Shown: positions 20,136 through 30,715, counted from the stretch's first letter. The stretch is 64,000 nucleotides of DNA from Myxococcales bacterium (GCA_016708565.1 JADJFN010000001.1:732863-796862), one strand, 5' to 3'. Numbers and translations are program-made. Notes: generated from the sequence alone by a model not told the origin.

Positions 20136-22037
20136 ATGCAACGCACCATCCTCCTCTCCGTGCTCGCCGCCGCCGCCACCGTCGGCGCCGCCGGCACCGC
20201 CCGCGCCCAGAGCGCGACCGTCGAGTGCTACTTCTCGCCCGCGAGCACGCTCGCCCCGCTGGCGACCGCTGGCGCCAACGGCTCGTTCGCCGCCAACGGC
20301 GGCGCGACGATCGCGGGCTACCAGCCGTACTACGAGACGACCTACGCGATCGACGTCGGCGTCTGGGTCGACGACGCGTTCCTCGCCACCACCCCCGACG
20401 CTGCGTCGCTGGCGCTGCGGTACTTCGAGCACGCCAACTGCGTGTTCGCCGCCGGCGCGAACCAGGACACCGGCGACGGCGTCAACGAGGCATCGCTGCG
20501 CCTGGCCGGCAACCGCATCCGCTACTACGCGCACACGACGCCCAACGCGCCCGGCTCGACCGCGCCGTGGGGCCAGCAGTACAACTGGGACTGGGCGCAG
20601 GCGATGAAGGGGATGAGCGGCATCCCCAAGGTCAACATCCTGTTCACGACCAACCTGGCCGCCGATGCCAACGCCGCCGGCGCCTACAACCGGCTGACCT
20701 GGGGCGGCGCGGCGAACGGCATCGGCCAGGGCAACGCGATCATCGCCGTCGATCCCGCCTGGTTCCAGAACGGCATGACCTCGGGCATCTTGCGCGACCT
20801 CGCCGAGGACTGGTGGGGGCTGATCGCCGCCCACGAGGCCGGGCACGCGCTCGGCGGCGTCCACCTGCCGACGCAGTACGACACGATGTGCTGCGACACC
20901 CCGGCCAACAACTACCCCGGCAGCGTCATGGGCACGACCCCGTCCGAGGACTTCACGGTGGCGCAGTCGACGTGGGACCTGATCACGGCGAACGACGCCA
21001 GCGACGTCGACAGCTACAGCGACCCGTACAAGACCACGGCCAACCCGGTGACCAACGTCACCTGGAGCTTCGACGACATCTCCGACTTCCTGTTCGATCG
21101 CGCCGGCGGTGACGTCTGGGTCGCGCCGTCGACCGGGGCGTCGTTCCTGGCGCGGACGCTGCGCCACGACTGGTTCTGCATCAACAGCGAGACCTGCCTG
21201 ACCGGCGACGTCAACGGCGACGGCCGCGCCGATCTGATCGCGTTCACCCGCGGCACCACCGGCGACGTCTACGTCGCGCTCGGCACCGCCAACGGCGGCT
21301 TCGCCGGCACCGGCATCAAGTGGCACGACTTCTTCGCGATCAACAGCGAGACGCCGCTCGTCGGCGACTGGAACGGCGACGGCAAGGACGACATCGCGGC
21401 GTTCACCGGCGGCACCACCGGCGACGTCTACGTCGCGCTGTCGACCGGCAGCTCGTTCAGCGGCACCGGCGTGGTGTGGCACACGTACTTCGCCCCCAAC
21501 GGCGAGGTGCCGCTGGCCGGCGACTGGAACGGCGACGGCAAGGACGACATCGCCGGGCTCACCCGCGGCACCACCGGCGACGTCTTCGTCGCGCTGTCGA
21601 GCGGCGCCGGCTTCGGCGCCCGCACCAAGTGGCACGAGTTCTTCAGCATCAACAGCGAGATGCCGCTGGCTGGCGACTGGAACGGCGACGGCAAGGACGA
21701 CCTCGCGACCTTGACCCGCGGCACCACCGGCGACGTCTACGTCACCTTCTCGACCGGCGCGGCCTTCAACGGCACCGGCCTCAAGTGGCATGACTTCTTC
21801 TGCATCAACGCCGAGGTGCCGTTCGCCGGCGACGTCAACCACGACGGCAAGGACGATCTGGTGTCGTTCGCCCGCGACGCCGGCGGTCACGTCTACGCCG
21901 CGCGCTCGAACGGCGCCGCCTTCGTCGGCACCAACTGGGTGTGGACCACCGGCCTGTGCATCGGCGACGACGTCTGCGGGCTGGCCGACGTCACCGGCGA
22001 CGGCCGCGCCGACGCCCTGGCGTTCGGCCGCAACTGA
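20136..22037 (+). CDS. secreted metzincin-type zinc metalloprotease with C-terminal FG-GAP repeats
   Basis: Signal MQRTILLSVLAAAATVGAAGTARA; zinc motif HEAGHALGGVH (HExxHxxGxxH); about six repeats of DWNGDGKDD...TTGDVYVA. Confidence 0.75.
   Translation: MQRTILLSVLAAAATVGAAGTARAQSATVECYFSPASTLAPLATAGANGSFAANGGATIAGYQPYYETTYAIDVGVWVDDAFLATTPDAASLALRYFEHANCVFAAGANQDTGDGVNEASLRLAGNRIRYYAHTTPNAPGSTAPWGQQYNWDWAQAMKGMSGIPKVNILFTTNLAADANAAGAYNRLTWGGAANGIGQGNAIIAVDPAWFQNGMTSGILRDLAEDWWGLIAAHEAGHALGGVHLPTQYDTMCCDTPANNYPGSVMGTTPSEDFTVAQSTWDLITANDASDVDSYSDPYKTTANPVTNVTWSFDDISDFLFDRAGGDVWVAPSTGASFLARTLRHDWFCINSETCLTGDVNGDGRADLIAFTRGTTGDVYVALGTANGGFAGTGIKWHDFFAINSETPLVGDWNGDGKDDIAAFTGGTTGDVYVALSTGSSFSGTGVVWHTYFAPNGEVPLAGDWNGDGKDDIAGLTRGTTGDVFVALSSGAGFGARTKWHEFFSINSEMPLAGDWNGDGKDDLATLTRGTTGDVYVTFSTGAAFNGTGLKWHDFFCINAEVPFAGDVNHDGKDDLVSFARDAGGHVYAARSNGAAFVGTNWVWTTGLCIGDDVCGLADVTGDGRADALAFGRN
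21170..22030 (+). repeat. about six tandem ~180-nt FG-GAP-encoding repeats inside the CDS
   Basis: GDWNGDGKDDIA...GTTGDVYVALS repeats in the protein and cognate nucleotide periodicity. Confidence 0.5.
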
Positions 22038-22187
22038 GTTCCTGGAGGGCGTGTCGCCACGCCCTCCCCCGTCGGGTCATGCCCCGACGGGGCCCCCTCC
22101 CAAGACGCGAAACGCCTGGCGCATGGGTCGGTGCTCGGCCGAAGGACTTACAGGCTCTGAATCTCAGGGGGCTGGTCGCCCACCCCC

Positions 22188-25100
22188 TCAGGCGCGGCGC
22201 AGCGCCTCGAGGTCGCGGATCAGCTCGGAGTAGGCGACCGGGTCGACGTCGCCGAAGGTCGCGCCGGCCGAGAGGTGGAGCTCGCCGAGCGTCTGGGGTC
22301 GCGCACCGTCGGCGAGGTCGGCGATCTCGAAGCCCGGCGACAGCTCGATGGTGGCCACGGCCACGCCGCCGCGGGTCGCGACGGTCCGCCGGTACGCGGC
22401 GACGCTGCCCGGGCTGCTGCGCTCGAACCCGCGCGCCTCCAGGACGCCGAGCAGCGTGACGGTCGGCACGCCGAGGCCGGCGAAGCGCGACGAGCGCGCG
22501 GCCGCCACCTCGGTCGGCGGGCACGCGTAGGTCTCGCGCGTCAGCTGGGCGAAGGGCTGGATGAGCTCGTAGTCGGCGAACACCCCGGCCCAGGCGCGCA
22601 CGTCGTCCGCGAGCTCGAGCGGATGCGCCACGCTGACCCGGCAGGCCGGCCCCAGCGTGAGCAGCGCGTCGTCGACGGTGGCGAACGTACCGTCCTCGGC
22701 GACGCGGTAGGTCGCGGCGCGGTCGCCATCGACGGCGCGCCACACCAGCGCGCGCGCGAGCGCGGCCAGCAGCGGATGCGCCACGACGCGCTGCTGGAAG
22801 TCCGGCAGGCTCCAGCGTCGGCCGCGCACCATCGCGTGCTCGAGGCGCCGGAGCTGGCGATCCGCGGTGGCGGCGGCGTCGGCCTTGAGCGCCTTGAGTC
22901 GCGCGAGCGCCGCGTCGGCCAGCGCCGGGTCGTCGTCCTTGGTCTTGCGCGGCAGGCCGCGGAGCGTGGTGCCGCGCTCGTCCTTGACGACCAGGGCGAG
23001 CCCGGCGTCCAGCGACGCCGTGAAGGTCCGCGCGCCGAACGACACCCGCAGGCGCCCGTCGCCATCGAGCCCGAGGTCGGGCACGGTGCGATCTTCCAGC
23101 GCGTCGCGGTCGAGCCCCCGCGCCGCGGCGGCTTCGTCGAGCAGCGCGTTGACCACGCCGCGCAGGTCGTGGAACCGCGACGTCGCGGCGATGTGGCCGA
23201 GGTGCATGATCGCCGCGTCGCTGGCCAGCGCGGCGAGCGCCACGCAGGCGCGCTCGGCCTTGGCCTTGTCGCGCCGCGCCCAGTCCCGCGCCAGGGCGGG
23301 CAGGCGTCGCTCGCTCTCGGGGCTGGGGAAGTAGACGACGGCGTGCAGCATCCACGCGTGGCGCCCGGGGCTGTCGGCCAGGAGCCACTGCTCGAGGAGG
23401 CCATGGGCGAACGCCCCGAGCGACGCCAGATCGAGCGCGGCGAGGCGCGCCAGCCCTGGATACGGCGCGTCGAGGGAAGAGATCGAGACCATCTCGACCA
23501 GCGCGGCGATCGCCGGCGCTGGCAGGGGTTCGCCGCTCGCCAGGCGCACGCGCGGCAGCCGCTCCAGCCGCAGGAACGCGGGCAGCTTGGGCGGCGCCAA
23601 GCGCACGCGCAGCGGATCGCGCTCGAGCAGCGCGTCGATGACGCCGGCCGCGTCGGCGCCGTAGCGCGCGGCGGCGGCGGTGACGACGGCGGCGTGCCCG
23701 GCGGTCGCGAGGAAGGCCAGCGCCGCCTCGGCGTCGTCGCGATCCGGCCCCAGCGCCCCCACCGCGGCGGGGATCAAGCCGAGCGCGGCGGTCTCGGCGT
23801 GCGCCGCCAGCCAGGCGCGCGCCGCGCGGCGGTGGGCCTTGCGCCGCGCCGCGATGCGCGCGAACAGCGGGGCCGCCCGCGGCGACACGAAGCTCACGAT
23901 GGCCGCCAGGAAGTCGTCGGCGCCTTCGTAGTCGAGGTTGCCGAGCCGGTCCTTGTGCAGGAAGCCAGGGAGGGCCGCCAGCCCGTGGCGTGCCACCCAG
24001 GCGACCGCCTCCGTGTCGAGCCACCCGCCCCCCTGGTTCCAGGTGTCGAGGCTGAGCCGGGCAGGGCGCGCGTCGTCGTCGCGCTCGTGGTCGTGGGCAG
24101 CGGGGGGCAGTTCGACGTGCTCCTCGAGGCCCGGCAACAGCGCGACACCCTCGAGCACGCGCCCCTTGGGGGGCGGCTGGCGCCACGGCCGCTCGCGCAG
24201 CACCGCTGGCAGCGCCACCTCGGGAGCCGGCGCCGTATCGTCACCGGCGGCGGCCGCGACGACGCGCTTGGCCAGCGCCTTGCCCTTGGGGCCGGTGGCC
24301 AGCGCCTCGGCCAGCTCGGGATGATCCTGGAAGTAGCCGGCGACGATCGCGTTGAGGATGGGGTGCCCCGCGTAGGCCGCGAGGATCCGCGCCGCGGCCT
24401 CGCTCGCGAAGCAGGTCAGCGCCGTCGCCAGGTCGCGTGGCGGGGTCTTTAGGACCGGGCCGTAGCCGGGCTTGGCGAGCGCCCCGGGGATCGCGGCGCC
24501 GAGGAGCGCCAGCGCGTCCGCCTCCGGCACGCTGACGGCGATCTCCGCGGCGTAGAGCCCCAGCGTGAATGGCGCGACGCTCCCGCCGAAGCGGCGTACC
24601 AGCGCGGGCTCGCGGCAACAGCTGAGCAGGAACTCGACGTCGCGCCGCGGGTCGTCGGGCGGCTCGCCGAGCCAGGCCGTCAGCGCCGCGTCGCCCCAAG
24701 GCTCGTCGGGGAACGCGTACGCCAGGTGCGCCGCGATCCACGGCGCGGCGCCGGCGCCGAGCGCGCGCGCGCGGTCCCGCGCGGCCGCGTAGTCCGCGTC
24801 GCGCGCTGCGCACACCGCGCTGCGGATCGGGCGCCACGCCTCGCCGACCCACGAGGCCTTCGTCGCGTCCTTGCGGAGGTAGATCTCCTGGGTCCAGTTG
24901 CCGGGCGAGTCGACGCTCAGGTCGAGCGCGAGGCGCGCCGCCTCGACCAGATCGGCGACGCCGCGGGCCTCTGCCAGCGCCGGCGCGATGGGCAGGTCGC
25001 GATCCAGCCGATGCGCCATGCACATGAACGCCGCCAGCGTCTCGAGGCTGGCGTCGGCCAGCCGCGCGCGCGTCAGGTCGTCGATCAGCGCATGGGCCGC

Positions 25101-25295
25101 GGCCCGCAGCGGCGCGAGCTCGGGCAGGTAGCTCGACTGGACGCCGCGCGCCAGCGCCGCGCGATACGTGAACCGCCCGTGCGTGAGCTTGGCGCGCAGC
25201 GCCTCGATCGGCTTGCGCGCGGGCGCGGCGATCGTCGCCGGGATGGCCCGGCGTGGCCTGAGCGAGCGCAGCACCGCGTCCGGAATCGTCTGCAT
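22188..25295 (-). CDS. DUF4132 domain-containing protein (MolR-like large protein)
   Basis: 1035 aa; the C-terminal region (DFQQRVVAHPLLAALARALVWRAV ... ATIELSPGF) is typical of DUF4132. Confidence 0.75.
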   Translation of the reverse strand: MQTIPDAVLRSLRPRRAIPATIAAPARKPIEALRAKLTHGRFTYRAALARGVQSSYLPELAPLRAAAHALIDDLTRARLADASLETLAAFMCMAHRLDRDLPIAPALAEARGVADLVEAARLALDLSVDSPGNWTQEIYLRKDATKASWVGEAWRPIRSAVCAARDADYAAARDRARALGAGAAPWIAAHLAYAFPDEPWGDAALTAWLGEPPDDPRRDVEFLLSCCREPALVRRFGGSVAPFTLGLYAAEIAVSVPEADALALLGAAIPGALAKPGYGPVLKTPPRDLATALTCFASEAAARILAAYAGHPILNAIVAGYFQDHPELAEALATGPKGKALAKRVVAAAAGDDTAPAPEVALPAVLRERPWRQPPPKGRVLEGVALLPGLEEHVELPPAAHDHERDDDARPARLSLDTWNQGGGWLDTEAVAWVARHGLAALPGFLHKDRLGNLDYEGADDFLAAIVSFVSPRAAPLFARIAARRKAHRRAARAWLAAHAETAALGLIPAAVGALGPDRDDAEAALAFLATAGHAAVVTAAAARYGADAAGVIDALLERDPLRVRLAPPKLPAFLRLERLPRVRLASGEPLPAPAIAALVEMVSISSLDAPYPGLARLAALDLASLGAFAHGLLEQWLLADSPGRHAWMLHAVVYFPSPESERRLPALARDWARRDKAKAERACVALAALASDAAIMHLGHIAATSRFHDLRGVVNALLDEAAAARGLDRDALEDRTVPDLGLDGDGRLRVSFGARTFTASLDAGLALVVKDERGTTLRGLPRKTKDDDPALADAALARLKALKADAAATADRQLRRLEHAMVRGRRWSLPDFQQRVVAHPLLAALARALVWRAVDGDRAATYRVAEDGTFATVDDALLTLGPACRVSVAHPLELADDVRAWAGVFADYELIQPFAQLTRETYACPPTEVAAARSSRFAGLGVPTVTLLGVLEARGFERSSPGSVAAYRRTVATRGGVAVATIELSPGFEIADLADGARPQTLGELHLSAGATFGDVDPVAYSELIRDLEALRRA

Positions 25296-25410
25296 GCCAG
25301 TCCGGACTCTCGCCCATCCGGCGGCGCCGCGGAAGCGCCGCCGCGCGTCCGACGGTGTCCAGCGACGGCGCGGCGCGACCGACGACGAGTTGGACCGCGC
25401 TCCCGGCGCC

Positions 25411-26454
25411 TCAGGCCGGCGCGAAGTTCAGCTGCGCGAGCAGCGCGGCCGTCGTCGCCGCGTCGATGGCGAGGATGACGTGGAGGTCCTGGCCGTGCGC
25501 GCCGAGCTGGAGGCCGCTCAGCAGCGGCGCGACGTCAGGGACCTCGTGCAGGCGCGCGAGCATCTGACGCAGCTGGGCCTCGAGCTTGGTCGCCTCCTCC
25601 GCCGACGCCATGGTGAAGACCGCGTCGAGCTGGACGTCGGTCCCGTGATCCAGCCACCCGTAGAATCGGACGTCCCCGCTGACCAAGCCGGCCGGCACGC
25701 CGACCTCGGCGAGCGTGGCGGCGGGGATGCGACCGGCGACCCACGCCGTGTGCGCGTGGTCGGCGCGACCGGCGAGCGCGACGAGGTCAGCGTCGACCTT
25801 GGGCGACGCGGGATCGAGCGCCGCGGCGATGGCGGCCTCGCTGGTCGCCAGCAACGGGACACCCGCCTTGGTCCATGTGGTCCAGCCGTTGTCGTCCACC
25901 GAGCCGACCGCGTAGTAGACCTTGCGGCCGGCGATCTTCTTGGTGGCGAGGTCGCCGCCCTTCGCCTTCAGGACCGCCTGCAGGCACGGGACCAAGCGCT
26001 GCTCGGTCAGCGTGCCGGTGCCGACGCCGACGATGCTGCCGTCGCCGACCGCCAGCGTGACGTCGCCGTAGTCCTTGGCCGCCAGCGTCTGACAGCCGGC
26101 CGGGAGCTTGGCGAGTTCGCCGAACAGGACGGCCTTGAACCGCTCGCCCATGACCGAGGCGCCGAGACGCGGAATGCTCAGGCCGATGAGGACGTCGGCC
26201 CCCGCGGGCAGGAGCTTGAGCGCGGCGGCGACGTGCGCGGCGGGCGTGCCAGCGGCGGGTGCCGGCGCGGTCGCGATCGGCGGCTGCGGCGGCTGCGGCT
26301 CGCGGCTCGGTGGGGCGGACGGCTCGGGCGCCGCAGGCGCGTCGGCCGTGGTCTCCGGCGCGGGTGCCGTGGGCGCCGTGGGTGGCGCTGGGGTCGAGGA
26401 CCGACACGCGAAGGCGGCTGACAGTGCCACGATGAAGAGCGAGCGTCGCTGCAT
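25411..26454 (-). CDS. lipoprotein with a Pro/Ala-rich linker, hypothetical
   Basis: Signal plus lipobox MQRRSLFIVALSAAFAC; start trimmed from the ORF-table 26655. Confidence 0.6.
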   Translation of the reverse strand: MQRRSLFIVALSAAFACRSSTPAPPTAPTAPAPETTADAPAAPEPSAPPSREPQPPQPPIATAPAPAAGTPAAHVAAALKLLPAGADVLIGLSIPRLGASVMGERFKAVLFGELAKLPAGCQTLAAKDYGDVTLAVGDGSIVGVGTGTLTEQRLVPCLQAVLKAKGGDLATKKIAGRKVYYAVGSVDDNGWTTWTKAGVPLLATSEAAIAAALDPASPKVDADLVALAGRADHAHTAWVAGRIPAATLAEVGVPAGLVSGDVRFYGWLDHGTDVQLDAVFTMASAEEATKLEAQLRQMLARLHEVPDVAPLLSGLQLGAHGQDLHVILAIDAATTAALLAQLNFAPA

Positions 26455-26638
26455 GTCGACGACGTACCACGCCTGTGCGCCGGGGCCCGCGACGACCGGG
26501 CGCCGCGGGCGGCGCTGTGCCGCGGCGCACTCCTGACGCCGCGCTCGACCATGACGTGGCCGGTCGGCCGGCGGCCACGGCTGTTCGCGGTGATCGAGGA
26601 TCGCAGGATGTCGCGGGAGAGCGCGCGGCGCTGTCGCG

Positions 26639-26941
26639 TCACGCGTGCTTGCCACGGCGAGCCTGAAGCGCCGCGACGAAGGCCGCGGCGTCGCTGTCGC
26701 TGACGTCTCCTTCCGCGGACGGGGTCACGACCCATGCGCTCGTGGCCGACGCGCGGCTGGCTTCGAACCCGAGCGGGATGCCCTCGAACTCCAGGCCCAG
26801 CGCGCGCTGCGCGGCGTGGTGGACATGCGCGCGGTGTGGACGTCCGGTGTGATCGTCGGCGCCGCACAGCAGCTGCCACCAGAAGCGCTGATGAATCACG
26901 AGCAAGATCGGCCGCTCGCCCGTGAAGACGTGTTCGCACAG
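26639..26941 (-). CDS. small hypothetical protein, possibly the frameshifted C-terminal part of the upstream gene
   Basis: MLCEHVFTGERPILLVIHQRFWWQLL...; overlaps the end of ORF 26964..27584 in another frame. Confidence 0.35.
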   Translation of the reverse strand: MCEHVFTGERPILLVIHQRFWWQLLCGADDHTGRPHRAHVHHAAQRALGLEFEGIPLGFEASRASATSAWVVTPSAEGDVSDSDAAAFVAALQARRGKHA

Positions 26942-26963
26942 CATGGCCACGCTGGGGAACGCG

Positions 26964-27584
26964 CTATCCATCGTGCCGCGCATCGTAGCCGCCTGCCGTG
27001 ACGCTTGGGAGGCCCTCGAACTCAGCGACCGGGCCAAAGCACCTGGACAGCGCGGCGATCATGCCAGCGAGGATCGGCTGGTTCAGCAGGTACAGCTCGT
27101 GGTTCGAGTCCCCGTGCAGGTTGCCGTCGATGAAGAGCGTGTGGTCGACCGTCAGCGCGATCGAAGGCGCGGCCCCAAGTGACACCCAGAGCTTCGCGCC
27201 CCGCTCGAGCCAGGCCAACGTCGGCGGCGCGCCGGCGGCGGACCGGTACCACACGCAGAGGTCGAGCTCGATGTCGAGGGTCTGCACGACCTGCGGCTGG
27301 GCCGCGATCGCGTCCGCGATGCGGGCGGCGGTCGGGGCCTCGAGCGCCCGGACGTCGAGCGAGGCGCCGGGCGGTCCCTCCAGCAGCGCTTGCCGCGCTC
27401 GCGCTGACGTTCGGAGTGCATCGAGGACGTTGGTGACGAAGCGCGCACTCCAAGCGTTCATCGCGCCGACGTCACGAGCGGCCGGCGGCGCCGTGGGGAT
27501 CCATGTCCAGCTGCCCGCGTACCTCCAGCGCCGCCACGAGTCGTGCAGCGGAACCGTGCATTCGAGGGGACTTGGCTCGGTCAT
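26964..27584 (-). CDS. hypothetical protein
   Basis: 206-aa non-repetitive ORF. Confidence 0.4.
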   Translation of the reverse strand: MTEPSPLECTVPLHDSWRRWRYAGSWTWIPTAPPAARDVGAMNAWSARFVTNVLDALRTSARARQALLEGPPGASLDVRALEAPTAARIADAIAAQPQVVQTLDIELDLCVWYRSAAGAPPTLAWLERGAKLWVSLGAAPSIALTVDHTLFIDGNLHGDSNHELYLLNQPILAGMIAALSRCFGPVAEFEGLPSVTAGGYDARHDG

Positions 27585-27615
27585 CGGCAGGTGGCGCTCG
27601 GTCCACGCGACGAGG

Positions 27616-28884
27616 CTAGCGGGCCAGGTGCTGCACCGGCGTGAACGTGGTGTCGGCGCGGGTCTGGCGGATGGCCTGCGGGAACTGCGTCGCGGCCAGG
27701 TGCTCGCCCCAGCGGACGTAGAGGCGGTTGACGAGCGGCACGCTGGCGCGCACCGCCTCGAGGCCGAGGCGCAGCGGCACCTGCGCGGGCCACAGGTACT
27801 TGGCGGCGGTGCGCGGCAGGCCCAGCGCGTCGCCGGCGCGATCGCCGAGCACGTAGCGGGTGTAGCCGATGCGCAGCGTACGCTCGAGCCGGGCCCCGCG
27901 CTGCCGCAGCCAGCCGTCGCCGGCGCGCTGCAGCGGCACGTCGGCCAGGGCCTGACCGAGCGCCCGGGTGTCGTCGTCGGCGGGCGGGATGGTCGCCGCC
28001 ATCAGGTACATGGCGCGGTTGGCGTCGTCCTCGCACGTGGGCAGGATGCGCTCGTCGACGCCGAGCAGGTAGCCGACGTAGCGCCACAGGTGCACGACGG
28101 CCTCGCGCTCGCGCTTGCTGAAGACGAAGCCGAGCGCGCGCAGGCCGAACAGGTAGATCGACGAGAACTCGAGGATCGTCGCCATCGAGTCGGCCTGGTT
28201 GAGCGGGTGGCCCCACGCGGGATCCCACTTGCCCGAGCGCAGCAGCATCGCGCGCACCTGCGCGTGCATGACGCGCACGCGCACCGCGCTCTGCCAGCCC
28301 GCGGCGAAGCGCTCGAGGCCGCCGGGCGTGGTCACGTCCAGCCAGAACTTGCCGGTCTCGACGAGGCGCCGCGGCGTCACCCGCTCGAGCTGGCCGGTGA
28401 AGACCAGCGGCTTGGCGGCCGCGGCCCCGAGGTAACCGCCCATGAGCGACAGGTTGCGCAGCGCCAGCTCGCCCCACGGGCCGACGCGGCGCGACACCTC
28501 GCACGCGAGCGCCAGCTTGTCGCGGTCGAGCCAGATCGGCTCGCGATCGAGCTGCGCGAACAGCGCGACCAGCGCCGCCGGGGCGTCGGCGACGGTCGCG
28601 ATGCCGTGGGCCAGCGCCTGATCGAGCAGCGCGCGGCCGTGGCCGTCGGTCCTGGCTTGCGCGACCACCGCGTCGGCCAGCGGGTCACCCATGACCAGGT
28701 AGCCCTTGAGCGCCTCGACCTGCGCGTCCGTCGGGTGCGGGTCGGAGCCGACGACCCAGCGGAACAGCTGGCGGTGCCACCGCAGCGTCGGGCGGTGGTG
28801 GTCGCCGACGCGGTCGAGCGCGGCGATCGCCGCGGCCTCGGACGGGGGCATCGGCGGGGGCATCGGGCGGGAGGCCGGGGGCAT
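27616..28884 (-). CDS. oxygenase MpaB family protein (DUF2236)
   Basis: Start MPPASRPMPPP; about 420 aa with LWRYVGYLLGV and RVMHAQVRAMLL segments typical of the family; divergent from the TetR gene. Confidence 0.7.
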   Translation of the reverse strand: MPPASRPMPPPMPPSEAAAIAALDRVGDHHRPTLRWHRQLFRWVVGSDPHPTDAQVEALKGYLVMGDPLADAVVAQARTDGHGRALLDQALAHGIATVADAPAALVALFAQLDREPIWLDRDKLALACEVSRRVGPWGELALRNLSLMGGYLGAAAAKPLVFTGQLERVTPRRLVETGKFWLDVTTPGGLERFAAGWQSAVRVRVMHAQVRAMLLRSGKWDPAWGHPLNQADSMATILEFSSIYLFGLRALGFVFSKREREAVVHLWRYVGYLLGVDERILPTCEDDANRAMYLMAATIPPADDDTRALGQALADVPLQRAGDGWLRQRGARLERTLRIGYTRYVLGDRAGDALGLPRTAAKYLWPAQVPLRLGLEAVRASVPLVNRLYVRWGEHLAATQFPQAIRQTRADTTFTPVQHLAR

Positions 28885-28933
28885 GCTACAACCATAATCC
28901 GAGCAAACGCTCGGTTCTACTCGGGTTCGGATC

Positions 28934-29626
28934 ATGGCCTCCAGACGCGCGATCCCGGAGCTGGCTCCTCGGAAGCGGCCCACGCAGGCGCGGGCGCAGC
29001 GGACCTACCGCGCGATCGTCGAGGCCGGGGCTCGGGTCCTGGAGCGCCACGGCTACGAGGCGCTGACCACCAACCGGGTCGCCGAGCTGGCCGGCGTCGG
29101 GATCGCGTCGCTGTACGAGTACTTCCCCAACAAGCACGCGCTGACCGCCGAGGTCGTGCGCCATGTCCTCGACGGCTTGCTCGCCGAGCTCGGCGCGAGC
29201 ACGCAGCTCATCACCGGCGCGCCGCCCGAGGACGCGATGCGGGCGTGGCTCGGGGCCATGTACGCCGCCGTCGCGAAGCGCCGCGCGGTGGTCCGGGTGA
29301 TCGTCCAGGAGGTGCCGTTCCTGTGGGCCATCCCGGCCGTCGATCAGGCGCGCGCGCTCCTGCTCGCCCTCGCGCGCTCGACCCGCGACCTCGACGCCCG
29401 CGCCCGCCGCGCGCCGCCGCTGTCCGACGCGACGGTCTACCTGCTCGCGACGATGACCGGCGCCGCCGTGCTCGAGGCCGTGCTGCGCCCGCCCGCCGAT
29501 CACACGCCTGACGAGCTGATCACCGCGCTGGCCGAGGTCATCCTGCGCGCCACGGGCCAGCCGCCCGCGCCGCGCCGCGCGCCGCCCCGGCGTGGTCCAC
29601 GGACGACGGGCGCGCGCCGCGCCTGA
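28934..29626 (+). CDS. TetR/AcrR family transcriptional regulator
   Basis: HTH LTTNRVAELAGVGIASLYEYFPNKHAL; divergently arranged with the MpaB-like gene. Confidence 0.8.
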   Translation: MASRRAIPELAPRKRPTQARAQRTYRAIVEAGARVLERHGYEALTTNRVAELAGVGIASLYEYFPNKHALTAEVVRHVLDGLLAELGASTQLITGAPPEDAMRAWLGAMYAAVAKRRAVVRVIVQEVPFLWAIPAVDQARALLLALARSTRDLDARARRAPPLSDATVYLLATMTGAAVLEAVLRPPADHTPDELITALAEVILRATGQPPAPRRAPPRRGPRTTGARRA

Positions 29627-29718
29627 GCCCCACGCCCGCGGCGAAGTTGGCGTCCCGCCCCGCCTCACGTGACGCCCGCGAATGGAAGCGCGGCAGCGGG
29701 CGTTCTGGTGAAGACGAG

Positions 29719-30525
29719 ATGCGAACAAGGACGAAGATGATGCAGGTACGTGCGACGTTGCTCGCGGTCGCGATGCTCGGTGGCTGCGAGGCCTCGCCGT
29801 CCCGATCGGAGCGAACGCCGGTGAACCGTCCGGCTCCCACCACCACGCCGAGCGTGACCGCTGACGGTGAGGACGGTGGCCGGGTCACGATCGAGCAGCG
29901 CCGGCTAGCCGCGGTGTTCGGGAGCCCGGACTTCCACGACGTCGAGTACGGCACCCGCGCGGCGGTCTCGACCGACGGCACGCTGGTCGCGGCGCTCGTC
30001 CACGAGATGCCGGACTTCCGGGACGTCACGATCGAGAGCGTGGTGGTCTGGCGTGTCGGGGACGGCCGTCGGGTCGGGGCCATCCCGAGCGCGACTCAAT
30101 ACGACGAGGACGACAGGCCCCTGATCGACGCGCGCGACGCGGCCGCGGCCGCGGCGGCGCTCGCCAGCCATGCCTGGGTCACGGTGACGTCCACACCCGC
30201 GGTCTCCAGGCTGGAGGACGGAGAGGGCGCGGACGTCGCGCTGCTCGACAACCGGGTCCTCCACTACGAGGGGCAGAGGTTCTCGCTGTCCGACGGTGGC
30301 ACGGTGACGCCTCCCTCGTTCCGCGCGCCTGGAGAGAACGACGCCCACCTTGGCGGTGGCGGCTGCGGCTCCATCTTCACGCTCGAGGTGCTGGCCAGCG
30401 GCGACGACTGGCTCCTGGTCGCCCCCGACTACGTCATGCTCGGTGGCGACAGCTGCAGGGGCCGCCTGTACGCTTCGCTGGCGCAGGTCATCAGGCTGTC
30501 GCCCGCCGCGCCGCGCGTCCCGTGA
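29719..30525 (+). CDS. lipoprotein, hypothetical
   Basis: MRTRTKMMQVRATLLAVAMLGGC lipobox; a paralog lies at 34527..35357. Confidence 0.55.
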   Translation: MRTRTKMMQVRATLLAVAMLGGCEASPSRSERTPVNRPAPTTTPSVTADGEDGGRVTIEQRRLAAVFGSPDFHDVEYGTRAAVSTDGTLVAALVHEMPDFRDVTIESVVVWRVGDGRRVGAIPSATQYDEDDRPLIDARDAAAAAAALASHAWVTVTSTPAVSRLEDGEGADVALLDNRVLHYEGQRFSLSDGGTVTPPSFRAPGENDAHLGGGGCGSIFTLEVLASGDDWLLVAPDYVMLGGDSCRGRLYASLAQVIRLSPAAPRVP

Positions 30526-30715
30526 GCGGCCTGGCGCTACCCGTGGCCGCCCAGGCTCACCGCCTCGATGGGATCCGGGACGTCCTGCGCGTCGTGCTCG
30601 AGCGCCAGCGCGAGCGCGTCGCCGCGCCGGTCACCGCGGGCGCGCAACCACGCCGCGTCGCGCGCGTGTCCGTCGCCGCCGTCGAGCGCGGCGGCGAGGC
30701 GGCACGGCGCGTGCT

